A stretch of 37,917 bases of DNA from Patescibacteria group bacterium. GTDB taxonomy: Bacteria > Patescibacteriota > Saccharimonadia > Saccharimonadales > OMJO01. Location: contig JBBTTS010000014.1 of NCBI GenBank assembly GCA_038064135.1, forward strand, positions 2,036-39,952, read 5' to 3'. The notes below the pieces were generated by a model, which saw only the letters and a list, made by a program, of their open reading frames with translations, searched no databases and was not told where the DNA came from. The translations under genes and the position numbers were made by a program. Positions 1 through 9,703 of this stretch are shown here, piece by piece; position 1 is the stretch's first letter; every line of letters starts with the position of its first letter.

Positions 1-1
1 T

Positions 2-178
2 GACTGTTTGATTTCCACAAATATTATTGAGTCGGGCCTGGATATCCCCAATGTCTCGTTGGTAGTTAATTATTCTACACCAGAATCATACGACGACTAT
101 GTACACCGGATTGGCCGAACAGGTCGGGCTCAGCAAATTGGCAATGCCTTGACCTTCGTTTTAGGTTATTCCTCATAA
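2..178 (+). CDS. DEAD/DEAH-box RNA helicase, C-terminal fragment (5' end outside window)
   Basis: Frame 2 reads ...[49 protein letters not shown]...* ; contains helicase motif [10 protein letters not shown]; TAA stop at 176-178. Confidence 0.8.
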   Translation, partial: DCLISTNIIESGLDIPNVSLVVNYSTPESYDDYVHRIGRTGRAQQIGNALTFVLGYSS

Positions 179-186
179 ATTAATTC

Positions 187-564
187 TTGCACAGAAGCCA
201 ATTAAGAGTATTATTCAAAATTGTGAGAGATAATACCCAGGATGACTTTGAACATCAGGCTGGAACTGGTGAAGGAATTAACCCAGAAGTATTCGGCGCG
301 TCAATAATTCCATTTCCTGATCTTTTGGGCAGAAAATTACGAACCCTTACGAATGACGAAGTAGAGGCTACCTTCGCGACCGATCAAGGTGTGCACAAGC
401 TACACCCAGAAGATGTAGAGCTTAGTCATGGTGAAACTCAAGGCACCTTTTTAGTACGACATAAAAAATTAGGAATTATACTGGGTGCGATGACGGGTGC
501 CGCAGTATTAGGAGTTGCAAGTACCGTAGTTTATAAACGACGTCAAAATTCTTCAGGGAAATAA
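187..564 (+). CDS. hypothetical protein with C-terminal TM anchor (non-ATG start, weak)
   Basis: 125-codon ORF, with no in-frame ATG until codon 101; hydrophobic C-terminal segment LGIILGAMTGAAVLGVASTVVY followed by KRRQ; 12-nt convergent overlap with the next gene. Confidence 0.3.
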   Translation: MHRSQLRVLFKIVRDNTQDDFEHQAGTGEGINPEVFGASIIPFPDLLGRKLRTLTNDEVEATFATDQGVHKLHPEDVELSHGETQGTFLVRHKKLGIILGAMTGAAVLGVASTVVYKRRQNSSGK

Positions 565-2049
565 GCTGTTAATAAATTGGAAACGCTTTTGAGCCGCGGC
601 ACTAGTAGCAGAACCGTCGGATAATCCTTTTGTAGTGTAGAAGTAGTCGTTTAAGGTTATTTCTTTGAATCCCACAAAGGTGTTTCCGGTGTAACTATTA
701 CCTACGGCCGATAATGAAGTGGAGCATGATGTTGAAGATGGCAAAATTGTGTCAAACCTAAAGTCATTTCCGAAACAGTGAGCGTTTGTTTCAGCTCCTG
801 AAACACCCAAGAACCCCCAATGCTGGATCACTTTAAAGCGGGGCATTTTGTCGCGAAAATCAATTAGTGCTTGACGATACCAATTCCCTTTAGCAGCTGG
901 AGCAGCAGCTGTTTGTGCAGCGGTATGCGGCGTATTGCAGTTTGGCGAGACACAAGGATAGTACTCACTAGAACTCCATTCAGCAACAAGTAAGGGTTTG
1001 TTACCTTTGGCTTGTTTTGGTTCTGTTGCACCGTTTAATTTACGGACATTTCCTTTACAAACAGGGTTATTAGTGACTGTGCAGGCAACACCTGTAAAAT
1101 CGCGAGTAGCCCATTGATACCATCCCGTTTGTCCACCTTTTTGTGTGCCGTCAGGGTTTTTGTTCATTGTGACTTGTTCTATGGTTAGCCAATTACTAGG
1201 GTTTTCGTCGGTGAAGAAATTATACGGGTCTACCCCGTTGAAGTCAGTGCATTGATCACCAGGATAAATTTCAGCACCACGCGAGTTATTCGACCAATAA
1301 TGCGGAATTGGTACTGCGACTGTTGAGAACTTGGCTTTGGTTGCGCCCTTCGTCTTAAATAGTTCATAGATTGCGCAAACCATATCACCATAATCTTGTC
1401 CTGTATTCCCGCTGCCAGCGGTGGCGTTAAACTTACCACTAGCTTCTGGTTCGTGCTGGACTGTAACAATAAATGGCCCGGGCATATCTCTTTGCATATT
1501 AGTTGCCAAATTTTCAATGCGTTGTCTTTTTTTCGATCCGACGGTTCGAAGTTCGTCAGAAATTGCCTTCCACGTTCCCCAGCCGTTTTGAATATTCCAA
1601 GAAGTATGAACAACATAACCTTTATTCGCATAACTAAGCTCTTTTGAAAAACTAATTTCAGTATCTGGGTTTGACGGCATTGAGGAGTTAAATAGTCGGA
1701 TAACATCGAATTGTCTACCTAAAGCTGCTTCTGCCTGAGTGGTCTTTGTGTCGCTTTCGTCATGGCGGTTCGAGCCAAACAGGATGCCAGCTGCTGGCGG
1801 CGGGGGTGTGGCTGATTGATTAAATTGCACCAAAGAGCCTCCCGAGGCAGTTGTATCGGAAATTTTTAAAGCAGGCGTGGCTACGGTGCCCGATTCAGCT
1901 TCGCTTGATGTAGAATTTGTTGCAGCACGGGAGTTTATCAAGAACGCAATACCTACAAAAGCAAACAATGCGCAGAAAATATATACTTCTTTTCGGAATA
2001 ATACTTTTTTAAGATTTGTCATAATTTGCTTTTTAGCCATAACCCTCAT
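553..2049 (-). CDS. secreted/membrane-anchored clan GH-A-like glycoside hydrolase (GH26/GH5-like)
   Basis: N-terminal hydrophobic anchor VYIFCALFAFVGIAFLI. Candidate acid/base motif VTVQHEPEA and nucleophile-like LLVAEWSS are spaced as in (beta/alpha)8 clan A hydrolases. Many Cys, consistent with export. Confidence 0.55.
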   Translation of the reverse strand: MRVMAKKQIMTNLKKVLFRKEVYIFCALFAFVGIAFLINSRAATNSTSSEAESGTVATPALKISDTTASGGSLVQFNQSATPPPPAAGILFGSNRHDESDTKTTQAEAALGRQFDVIRLFNSSMPSNPDTEISFSKELSYANKGYVVHTSWNIQNGWGTWKAISDELRTVGSKKRQRIENLATNMQRDMPGPFIVTVQHEPEASGKFNATAGSGNTGQDYGDMVCAIYELFKTKGATKAKFSTVAVPIPHYWSNNSRGAEIYPGDQCTDFNGVDPYNFFTDENPSNWLTIEQVTMNKNPDGTQKGGQTGWYQWATRDFTGVACTVTNNPVCKGNVRKLNGATEPKQAKGNKPLLVAEWSSSEYYPCVSPNCNTPHTAAQTAAAPAAKGNWYRQALIDFRDKMPRFKVIQHWGFLGVSGAETNAHCFGNDFRFDTILPSSTSCSTSLSAVGNSYTGNTFVGFKEITLNDYFYTTKGLSDGSATSAAAQKRFQFINSLFP

Positions 2050-2135
2050 GTTTTACGTAAATATTAGCATATCTACGGTCTATTTTTAAAATCAAAGAAT
2101 AGTAAATTAAACGTAGGCACATTAGAATATTAATT

Positions 2136-2633
2136 ATGGCTGGTTATAAAGGGCACATCGCTGGGGCTGTTGGAGTAAACATGGCCTACGTGCTAACACT
2201 GACTGTTTTGCCGTGGGATATTTTAGACAATACCGGTGGATTATTTGCTAGCTGGCAGTTTTTAGCTGCTTTGTTCGTAATTTCGATGTTATTTGGATTG
2301 TGGCCCGATATCGACACAAACTCGAGGGGGCAGGATATTTTTTTTGGGGCGGCTTTTTCGGCTAATATTATTTTAATTTGGCAAGGCTATATCGAAGCAT
2401 CGGCCTATTTAGGATTAATGGCCATGACGCCAATAATCGGCAAACATCGTGGCTGGACGCATAGCAAATGGGCGATGGTTTTTATCCCATTACCAGTAGT
2501 TTTAGTTTCATATTTTTACAGACCTGAAATGTTAGTCACGGCATTAGTTATATATGGTGCAGCGGTTTCGGGTTATTTTAGTCATTTACTTTTGGATGGA
2601 CGCATCACAAGGCTAATTAGAGTCAAAACCTGA
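2136..2633 (+). CDS. membrane-bound metal-dependent hydrolase, YdjM/DUF457-like
   Basis: Starts MAGYKGH, has WPDIDT and WTHS and a C-terminal SHLLLDG; multi-TM. This pattern is typical of the LexA-regulon YdjM family. Confidence 0.7.
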   Translation: MAGYKGHIAGAVGVNMAYVLTLTVLPWDILDNTGGLFASWQFLAALFVISMLFGLWPDIDTNSRGQDIFFGAAFSANIILIWQGYIEASAYLGLMAMTPIIGKHRGWTHSKWAMVFIPLPVVLVSYFYRPEMLVTALVIYGAAVSGYFSHLLLDGRITRLIRVKT

Positions 2634-2696
2634 GGCAGGGATAAGCTTCCCAATTACACTTGCCAAGACGATGCTCTCGTGCCACTATAAATATAA

Positions 2697-3758
2697 GTGA
2701 AAACGCTAAAGCTTGATGGCAAGCAACAAAAGGCACTCAACTTCGCCGTTATCGGGGCTCTAGTTGTTGGTTTTATTATATTAAGACGTTATTTGGCAAT
2801 CATTATTACAGCCGCAATTGCTGTTTACATTTTTTATCCAATTTTTAATTGGCTAAAGAAAAAAACCAAACGTGAAGGTGCTTCGGCCGCCTTAACTTTG
2901 GTCTTAGTGCTTTTGCTTGCAATAGTCCCACTTACACTTTTAATACTGGTAACTTTGCAGCAATTTTCTGATGCGATATCCAATGCTATAAACTATATAG
3001 CCTCAAATAACCTTGGGGTAGTGGCGCAAAGCTCCATAGATTCTGTAAACGTGTTCTTAGAAAAAATAACTTTTAACACCCTTCATTTAGATTATGAAAC
3101 CTTAAAAAACTTTTTCTCTACTTATGGAAGCACAATCGCATCTTTTTTTGTTAATTTCTTACGCACTTCACTTGGAAGTGTTCCTGGCATGATCACCAAT
3201 TTAATACTTTTTGTTTATGTTTTTACAGCCTTAATGCTCCACCACCAATCTTTAATTAAATATGCTAAAGATCTAAACCCGCTAGGTAACGAAGTCTCAA
3301 ATTTGTATTTTTCACGGGCTGCGGCCATGACTAAGGGAATGGTTAGGGGGCAATTTATTATTGCTTTTGCTCAAGGTATCACTGGAGCTTTTACACTTTG
3401 GGTGGCTGGAATTGAGTTTTTTGCACCCATGGCATTAATATTGAGTTTATTATCAATAATTCCACTTGGTGGCGGAATTGTAACTGTACCGATTGGGTTA
3501 ATATTAGCCTTAACGGGTAATTTTTGGGGTGGTATTTTTGTTTTGGCATCACACTTTTTAATTGTTACCAACATAGATAATTTACTACGTCCAATATTAG
3601 TACCAAAAGAAGCAAGGTTAAACTCGGCCCTAACTATGCTTTCGGTGTTTTCGGGTATAGCATTGTTTGGATTTCTGGGAATTGTAATTGGCCCCGTTTT
3701 AATGATATTAATTGTTACGACAATAAACGTATATCTACAAACCAAGACAGCTAGTTAA
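2697..3758 (+). CDS. AI-2E family transporter (PerM/UPF0118)
   Basis: GTG start; about 8 TM segments; family-typical NIDNLLRPILV segment near the C-terminus. Confidence 0.85.
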   Translation: MKTLKLDGKQQKALNFAVIGALVVGFIILRRYLAIIITAAIAVYIFYPIFNWLKKKTKREGASAALTLVLVLLLAIVPLTLLILVTLQQFSDAISNAINYIASNNLGVVAQSSIDSVNVFLEKITFNTLHLDYETLKNFFSTYGSTIASFFVNFLRTSLGSVPGMITNLILFVYVFTALMLHHQSLIKYAKDLNPLGNEVSNLYFSRAAAMTKGMVRGQFIIAFAQGITGAFTLWVAGIEFFAPMALILSLLSIIPLGGGIVTVPIGLILALTGNFWGGIFVLASHFLIVTNIDNLLRPILVPKEARLNSALTMLSVFSGIALFGFLGIVIGPVLMILIVTTINVYLQTKTAS

Positions 3759-3805
3759 TTAAAGTTCAGCTTTGGCTCAGATGCTTAGATTATAGTGATG
3801 ATCAC

Positions 3806-3831
3806 CCAAATATTGCGGCCGCAATATTTGG
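3806..3831. promoter_or_regulatory. 26-bp perfect palindrome CCAAATATTGCGGCCGCAATATTTGG (operator or terminator-like hairpin)
   Basis: Read directly; it is self-complementary over all 26 nt and centred on a GCGGCCGC octamer that is unusual in AT-rich DNA. It lies between the AI-2E gene and the secreted helical protein gene. Confidence 0.4.
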
Positions 3832-3861
3832 CACTAATATTTTCTTTACAAAAGGAGGCGT

Positions 3862-4356
3862 ATGAAAATACATAAATCAGCTCTTGTTAGCACAGGCATT
3901 GCCGGCATAATTGGCTTATCTACACTTGGTATTGCAGGATTTGCCGCAGCAGAAACAAACGGTAGTAGTCTAGCTGACAAAATAGCTCAAAAATTTAACC
4001 TTAAACCCGAAGAAGTTCAAAAAGTTTTTGCCGAACATCGAGACGAAAAACGCGCAGAGCATCAACAGGTAATGGCCGACAGACTTGCCCAAGCTGTCAA
4101 AGAAGGCAAAATAAGTCAAGAACAAGCCGATAATTTAACCGAAAAACTTAAAGAGATGCGTGATTTTATGGATAGCTTAAGTGACAAAACTCATCAAGAG
4201 AGGCAAGAAGCAATGAAATCCAAGCACGAAGATTTTCAGCAATGGTTAAAAGATAATAATATACCAACCGACTTGTTGCCAAAAGGTGGTCCTGGATTTC
4301 ATCACCGTAGACACATGGGCCCAGATATTACGAACAACGAAGTAGGCAATACCTAA
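3862..4356 (+). CDS. secreted helical Lys/Glu/Gln-rich protein (possible Spy/CpxP-like periplasmic accessory)
   Basis: SD AAAGGAGG 5 nt upstream; signal/anchor ALVSTGIAGIIGLSTLGIAGFAAA; charged helical body with an ISQEQA motif; sits directly upstream of the two-component pair. Confidence 0.6.
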   Translation: MKIHKSALVSTGIAGIIGLSTLGIAGFAAAETNGSSLADKIAQKFNLKPEEVQKVFAEHRDEKRAEHQQVMADRLAQAVKEGKISQEQADNLTEKLKEMRDFMDSLSDKTHQERQEAMKSKHEDFQQWLKDNNIPTDLLPKGGPGFHHRRHMGPDITNNEVGNT

Positions 4357-4464
4357 ATAAGCCACTAACTAAAAAGACCCTTAAAATATTCAGAGGCTGC
4401 TACCCCTAGTGGTCTCTGTTTTTTAAGCTACTTTTCAGCTAGAATTAATATTCTAAAGACAATA

Positions 4465-5145
4465 ATGAGAATATTAATTGTAGAAGATGAGCATAAAATT
4501 GCAAACGCCCTAAAACGAGGGCTGGAACAGCAGGCTTTTGCTGCTGATGTTGCATATGATGGCGACGAGGGTTTGTCACTTGCCAATTCAGAACCGTATG
4601 ATCTAATTATTTTAGACAGAATGTTACCGGGATCCATTGACGGCATCGGAATATTAAAAGAACTTCGAGAAAAATCCAATCACATGCCAGTTCTTCTTTT
4701 AACCGCAAAAGACAAAATTTTAGACAAGGCTTACGGCCTAAACAGCGGAGCGGACGACTATTTAGTAAAACCATTTGCCTTTGTTGAATTTATCGCCAGA
4801 GTTCGAGCATTACTGCGAAGACCTAAAGAGGCCGTCGACGACAAACTAGTTTATAAAGAATTAAAACTAAACCTCCAAACAATGCAAGCAAGCCGAAACG
4901 GAAAGTATATTGATTTATCTGTAAAAGAATTTGCACTACTGGAATATTTAATGCGTAACCCCGAAAAGGTAATTAGCAAAAATCAAATTATTGGGCACGT
5001 TTGGAATTATGATGCCGACGTTTTGTTGAATACCGTAGAAGTTTATATCGGTTATTTACGAAAGAAAATAGATAAACCATTTGGTGGTACAAATTATATT
5101 AATACCCGGCGCGGATTTGGTTATATTTTTGGCGAGTCTAAATAA
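4465..5145 (+). CDS. OmpR-family response regulator
   Basis: MRILIVEDE..., receiver Asp in IILDRMLPG, winged-helix C-terminus ...TRRGFGYIF. Confidence 0.95.
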   Translation: MRILIVEDEHKIANALKRGLEQQAFAADVAYDGDEGLSLANSEPYDLIILDRMLPGSIDGIGILKELREKSNHMPVLLLTAKDKILDKAYGLNSGADDYLVKPFAFVEFIARVRALLRRPKEAVDDKLVYKELKLNLQTMQASRNGKYIDLSVKEFALLEYLMRNPEKVISKNQIIGHVWNYDADVLLNTVEVYIGYLRKKIDKPFGGTNYINTRRGFGYIFGESK

Positions 5146-6150
5146 ATGTTCCAGAATACAATTGTAAAACTAACTGGACTGTATCTGGCCATAATTATGA
5201 CTATTAGTTTGTTTTTTAGTGTCGCTGTATATCAATTATCGGTTAGTGAATTTAATCGCGGTTTTCGCATGCACCATGAATACATTCAATCATCCCCTGA
5301 AGTTAGAGCTTTTCCATTTTTACGTCAGCAATTAATTGAGCTTAGACGTCAGGAATTAATTGAAGCAAAAACTAGAGTGCTGCAACGACTCTTCGTAGTA
5401 AATATGCTTATCTTGGCTGGCGGCGGCTATTTAAGCTATATTTTGGCTCGAAAAACACTGGCCCCAATTGAAAAATCTCATCATGAACTTCAAAGATTTA
5501 CAGCAGATGCAAGTCACGAGTTAAGAACGCCACTTGCTGCAATGCGTACCGAAAATGAAGTAGCTTTGATGAATAAGAATCTAAAGCTGAGTGATGCTAA
5601 AGATCAACTAAATAGTAATCTAGCTGAAATAGAGCGGTTATCAAGTTTGACCGACAGATTATTGAGACTAGCAAGGGGCGAAGAATTGTCAAACAAGGAT
5701 TCCGTAAAGTTAATCGAAGTAGTGAATAACGCCCTAATAAATACATCAAGATTGATTAAATCTAAAAACCAAAAAATAATAATCAATATTCCTAAAAACC
5801 AAAAAATTATCGCAAGCGCCGGTGCACTGGCAGACTTAATAACGATTTTGATCGATAACGCTAGTAAATACAGCCCAGAAAAAAAGTCCATAATAATTAG
5901 CAGTAAACAATTCAAACATACTATTGAACTAAGTGTTAAAGATGAGGGAATTGGTATTACGGAACAAGACTTACCAAATATTTTTGAGCGATTTTATAGG
6001 GCTGATATAGCCAGAACAAATACAGATTCCATCGGTTATGGATTAGGATTGTCTATAGCAAGACAAATAGCAGACACGCAGGGAATTTCAATTTTTGTAA
6101 AAACCAGGCCAAAGTTAGGCTCTACTTTTTATCTGCGGATTCCCAACTAA
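5146..6150 (+). CDS. sensor histidine kinase (HisKA + HATPase_c)
   Basis: ATG immediately follows the regulator's stop; H-box FTADASHELRTPL; N box DNASKYS; G boxes DEGIGI and GYGLGLSIA; N-terminal TM segments. Confidence 0.9.
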   Translation: MFQNTIVKLTGLYLAIIMTISLFFSVAVYQLSVSEFNRGFRMHHEYIQSSPEVRAFPFLRQQLIELRRQELIEAKTRVLQRLFVVNMLILAGGGYLSYILARKTLAPIEKSHHELQRFTADASHELRTPLAAMRTENEVALMNKNLKLSDAKDQLNSNLAEIERLSSLTDRLLRLARGEELSNKDSVKLIEVVNNALINTSRLIKSKNQKIIINIPKNQKIIASAGALADLITILIDNASKYSPEKKSIIISSKQFKHTIELSVKDEGIGITEQDLPNIFERFYRADIARTNTDSIGYGLGLSIARQIADTQGISIFVKTRPKLGSTFYLRIPN

Positions 6151-6206
6151 GCAATAAATTAGCCGAGAACGAACGTGCTTGTTATACTTGATAATATAAA
6201 GCGCTT

Positions 6207-6737
6207 ATGAAAAAGGTGATATTACTATTTATCGGACTCGTTTTGTTGATTTTCGGTGGATTTATATATGTTATAAGTTCGACAATCAACACCGATTTAC
6301 CTTCTACAGCATTACCTCCAGCTAGGCTTTATAAAGTTGCCTGCGAAGTATTCACACTTCAAGATGCTAAAATTTTTTCCGAACCAATAATCGAAAAACT
6401 TTCAGCAGGGGGTGCAAATACAATAGCCGACGGTAAAGCCGACACAACATGTAGTTATGGCCTGATTTCTAATACAAAATTTCCACTTAGTATTACAATC
6501 AAACTACATGACTCTACCGCCGAAATTGCAAAAGAAAAATTTCAGCAATCGAAAAGCGCATTTCCAATAACAGTTCAAGATTTAGGGCAAGATGCTCATT
6601 GGCAGACCGATTCAGCCCAGTTAAATGTTTTAAAAGGTCAATACTGGTTAGTGGTAAGTGCTGGGGCAGGTGACCCTAAGTTAAGGCAGATGGATTTACC
6701 GGTTCGAATTGCCCAACACATTTTAAGCAAACTTTAA
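6207..6737 (+). CDS. hypothetical exported protein
   Basis: N-terminal signal/anchor VILLFIGLVLLIFGGFIYVI; no recognisable catalytic motif. Confidence 0.55.
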   Translation: MKKVILLFIGLVLLIFGGFIYVISSTINTDLPSTALPPARLYKVACEVFTLQDAKIFSEPIIEKLSAGGANTIADGKADTTCSYGLISNTKFPLSITIKLHDSTAEIAKEKFQQSKSAFPITVQDLGQDAHWQTDSAQLNVLKGQYWLVVSAGAGDPKLRQMDLPVRIAQHILSKL

Positions 6738-6738
6738 T

Positions 6739-7368
6739 ATGTTAAATTATTCGAAAATTAGTAAAGTACCTAAATATAATTTTTCAGCCGTGTTATTGCT
6801 GGTGGCATTTATAATTTTAATGTTTACTACTGCGCTAGCTGGTTATGTAGGGCGATATGAGTTTGAAGATAAATTTCTTGTCTTTGTTTACAATTGGCCA
6901 ACTTGGCTTAATTCATTTTTCGTAATATTAACTTATGGTGGTAGCATTTTTGCTGCAGCCGGATTAAGTATCTGGCTTTCATTAAGACGATCTTTAATAG
7001 TAATATTTTTTGTTGTTAGCACCGTTGTTACTTATTTCTTGGTAGAGGCTATGAAGCAGGCAATTGCGCGTCCCCGCCCATTCGAAACTTTAGCACCCGA
7101 AATTGTTGCACGCGATTTACAGGCTTACGGATTCGGATTTCCTTCGGGGCATGTAGCAATCAGTGTTGTCATTGCCTACACCTTGCATAGATTGTACCCA
7201 AAAGTATCATGGGCATTTTGGGTTGGATTCGTGACATTTGTTGGGTTATCACGTATATACCTAGGTGTTCACGATTTGTTGGATATTTTAGGAGGCGCTT
7301 CTCTTGCTTTGGTAATATGTGTTGCAGCTGAAATTTTGATAGTAAAATCAAACAAACTTCGTTATTAA
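6739..7368 (+). CDS. PAP2-family phosphatase (undecaprenyl-diphosphatase-type)
   Basis: All three acid-phosphatase motifs are present: KQAIARPRP, PSGH, SRIYLGVHDLLD. Confidence 0.85.
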   Translation: MLNYSKISKVPKYNFSAVLLLVAFIILMFTTALAGYVGRYEFEDKFLVFVYNWPTWLNSFFVILTYGGSIFAAAGLSIWLSLRRSLIVIFFVVSTVVTYFLVEAMKQAIARPRPFETLAPEIVARDLQAYGFGFPSGHVAISVVIAYTLHRLYPKVSWAFWVGFVTFVGLSRIYLGVHDLLDILGGASLALVICVAAEILIVKSNKLRY

Positions 7369-7429
7369 TATCTTGCATTATCATGTTGCCAAGCATATGC
7401 TAAATGGTAGGAAGTGTGAGGCTTCCATT

Positions 7430-7455
7430 AACCCCGGGATTCCCCCGGGGTTTTT
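7430..7455 (+). terminator. rho-independent terminator
   Basis: AACCCCGGG-attcc-CCCGGGGTTTTT: GC stem followed by a T5 run, after the PAP2 gene. Confidence 0.75.
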
Positions 7456-7494
7456 AGGTTGTTTAATATTTTTATTTCATTAAAATCTATAGTA

Positions 7495-8508
7495 ATGGCA
7501 AGTTATTGGCACGTTATTGTGTACTCGATGTTGGGCGGTGTAGTGTCGCTGGTTGGCGGCATACTACTGCTCAGAAGAGAAAAATCGGCCAAGGCTTTAG
7601 CAGAATATGCCACTCCTTTTGCAGCAGGCGCACTGCTAGCAGCAGTGTTTTTAGATCTTTTAAAAGAGGGGGTAAACGATGGTGAGGCAGAGAATGTACT
7701 ACTTGCGGCACTTGGCGGAATTTTGGTGTTTTTTGTTGCAGAACGGTTTCTGCACTGGTTTCACCACCACCACGAACATGAGGGAAAGCTCACTGACCCA
7801 ACAACAGGGTTAATTGTGTTGGGTGACACACTTCATAACGCGCTAGATGGCGTGGCAATTGCCGCAGCATTTTTGATTAGCGTTCCAACTGGAATTGTTA
7901 CAACTCTGGCAGTAGCTGCGCACGAAATTCCACAAGAAATTGGCGACTTTGGCTTGCTTCTGCATAAAGGCATGTCTCGTAACAAAGTTTTATTGGTTAA
8001 TATTATCAGTGCGCTTGCTACAACCTTTATGGCAGTGATCACTTTTGCACTCGGTAGCACCGAGTCATTACCAAATGGAATATTGTTAGGCGTGAGTGCT
8101 GGGTTTTTATTGTACATTGCAATGAGCGACATCATCCCTTCTATTCATGAAAACGCGCCCAAAAAAAAGCTTCTAGACTGGCAACCAATATTGCTGATAA
8201 TTGGCGTGGTAGTTGTAGGGTTGATGATAAATGTTACCCACAAATATATTGACGTTGGTCACGGCGGCGCAACCTCGAATCAGCTGATCGATGTCGGTGG
8301 TGGCTATACATGTCCAGCCGAAACCGAGAGAGTACTTGAAAGCTTTCCGCCACAGTGCGGGCTGCGAGATGGCACGATTGTGCCAGCGCAAAAAAGCAGA
8401 ATTCCAGATTTGTTTAATATTTGCACAAATGGTCAATGCAATCAAATCGAAGACGAAAAAGCTGGTATTTGCCAAATCGGCCCCAGCAGCCCCTGCAACG
8501 CCGAGTAG
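7495..8508 (+). CDS. ZIP-family metal transporter (ZupT-like) with Cys-rich C-terminal extension
   Basis: ZIP signature HEIPQEIGDFGLL, His-rich loop HWFHHHHEHEG. The ATG at 7495 is preferred over the TTG at 7459, which abuts the terminator. The last ~70 aa contain 6 Cys beyond the final TM. Confidence 0.85.
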   Translation: MASYWHVIVYSMLGGVVSLVGGILLLRREKSAKALAEYATPFAAGALLAAVFLDLLKEGVNDGEAENVLLAALGGILVFFVAERFLHWFHHHHEHEGKLTDPTTGLIVLGDTLHNALDGVAIAAAFLISVPTGIVTTLAVAAHEIPQEIGDFGLLLHKGMSRNKVLLVNIISALATTFMAVITFALGSTESLPNGILLGVSAGFLLYIAMSDIIPSIHENAPKKKLLDWQPILLIIGVVVVGLMINVTHKYIDVGHGGATSNQLIDVGGGYTCPAETERVLESFPPQCGLRDGTIVPAQKSRIPDLFNICTNGQCNQIEDEKAGICQIGPSSPCNAE

Positions 8509-8626
8509 ACTTAGCGATATTCAATATTACATTGTTAACGTACAACTATAAAAACCTACAGGTTATTAAAATTGTATAGAATTTATAAGGGTTATGCAGA
8601 CGGTTAAGCCAGTTATCAGTGTTAGC

Positions 8627-8635
8627 TGGTATAAT
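8627..8635 (+). promoter_or_regulatory. extended -10 box TGGTATAAT, 6 nt upstream of the rmuC ATG
   Basis: TGnTATAAT read directly; no SD between the box and the ATG at 8642. Confidence 0.45.
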
Positions 8636-8641
8636 TAATGT

Positions 8642-9703
8642 ATGCTAATTGCGATTGTGATTTTGGGGGTTTTGAATGCGTTGCTGCTGTTTTATTTATT
8701 GCGTAAACAAACTCAGCCAAAAGCTGACGAACAGTCGAGCCTTATGCTGAAACAAGATATAACTACGCTAACCGAAAGTGTAACTCTGCTAAAAGACGGA
8801 CTTCACAAACAAATCAATGATAGGCTAGATAAAAGCAATGCTCAGATGTTAAAACAATTTCAAAGCAGCGCCGAGATCATTAAAGACGTTACTCAAAAAC
8901 TCACCAACCTAGAGCGCACAAACCAGCAAGTGGGCGACATTGCTAACGAACTAAAAGGATTGCAAAACGTGCTTGCTAACCCAAAACAGCGTGGAGTGCT
9001 GGGCGAATTTTATCTGGAGCAAATATTGCAAAACCTTTTGCCTGCGGGAACTTACGAGTTGCAGCACAAGCTATCCGACGGTACGATTGTTGATGCCGTG
9101 ATAAAGCTCGATAATAAGCTGCTACCTATTGATAGTAAATTCTCGCTCGAAAACTATAATCGCCTAGTGGTGGCCAAAGCCGAGGAGCGACCAGCGCTCG
9201 AAAAACAGTTCAAAGAAGATCTTAAAAAACGCATCGACGAAACCGCCAAATATATTCAGCCCAAAAAAGGCACTCTTGAGCAAGCCTTAATGTTCATACC
9301 CAGCGAGGCAATATACTATGATCTTTTGGCAAACAAAGTAGGCCAAACAGGTGTAAATGGCCGTGACCTTATGCAATATGCAGCTGTTGAAAAACGCGTG
9401 ACCATTGTCGGGCCAAGTACTTTAAGTGCCATGTTGCAAATTGTCAGCCAAGGCCTCAAAAGTCTAGAAATCCAAAAAGATACCGAAATTATTCGCAACA
9501 ACGTGGAGCAATTGGGTAAGCACCTGCGTGGCTACGAGGGCTACATGCAAAAGCTTGGTAACAGCCTGGGAGCAACCGTGGGGCACTATAACAACGCACA
9601 CAAAGAGTTAAAGCGAGTTGATAAAGACGTGGTCAAAATAGCCGGCGGCAACAGTGAAATGGAGCCATTACTGCTAGACAAGCCAAGGGATGATGTGGAG
9701 TAA
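8642..9703 (+). CDS. rmuC: DNA recombination protein RmuC
   Basis: N-terminal TM, long coiled region, family-typical NPKQRGVLGEFYLEQIL and LMFIPSEA segments. Confidence 0.9.
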   Translation: MLIAIVILGVLNALLLFYLLRKQTQPKADEQSSLMLKQDITTLTESVTLLKDGLHKQINDRLDKSNAQMLKQFQSSAEIIKDVTQKLTNLERTNQQVGDIANELKGLQNVLANPKQRGVLGEFYLEQILQNLLPAGTYELQHKLSDGTIVDAVIKLDNKLLPIDSKFSLENYNRLVVAKAEERPALEKQFKEDLKKRIDETAKYIQPKKGTLEQALMFIPSEAIYYDLLANKVGQTGVNGRDLMQYAAVEKRVTIVGPSTLSAMLQIVSQGLKSLEIQKDTEIIRNNVEQLGKHLRGYEGYMQKLGNSLGATVGHYNNAHKELKRVDKDVVKIAGGNSEMEPLLLDKPRDDVE

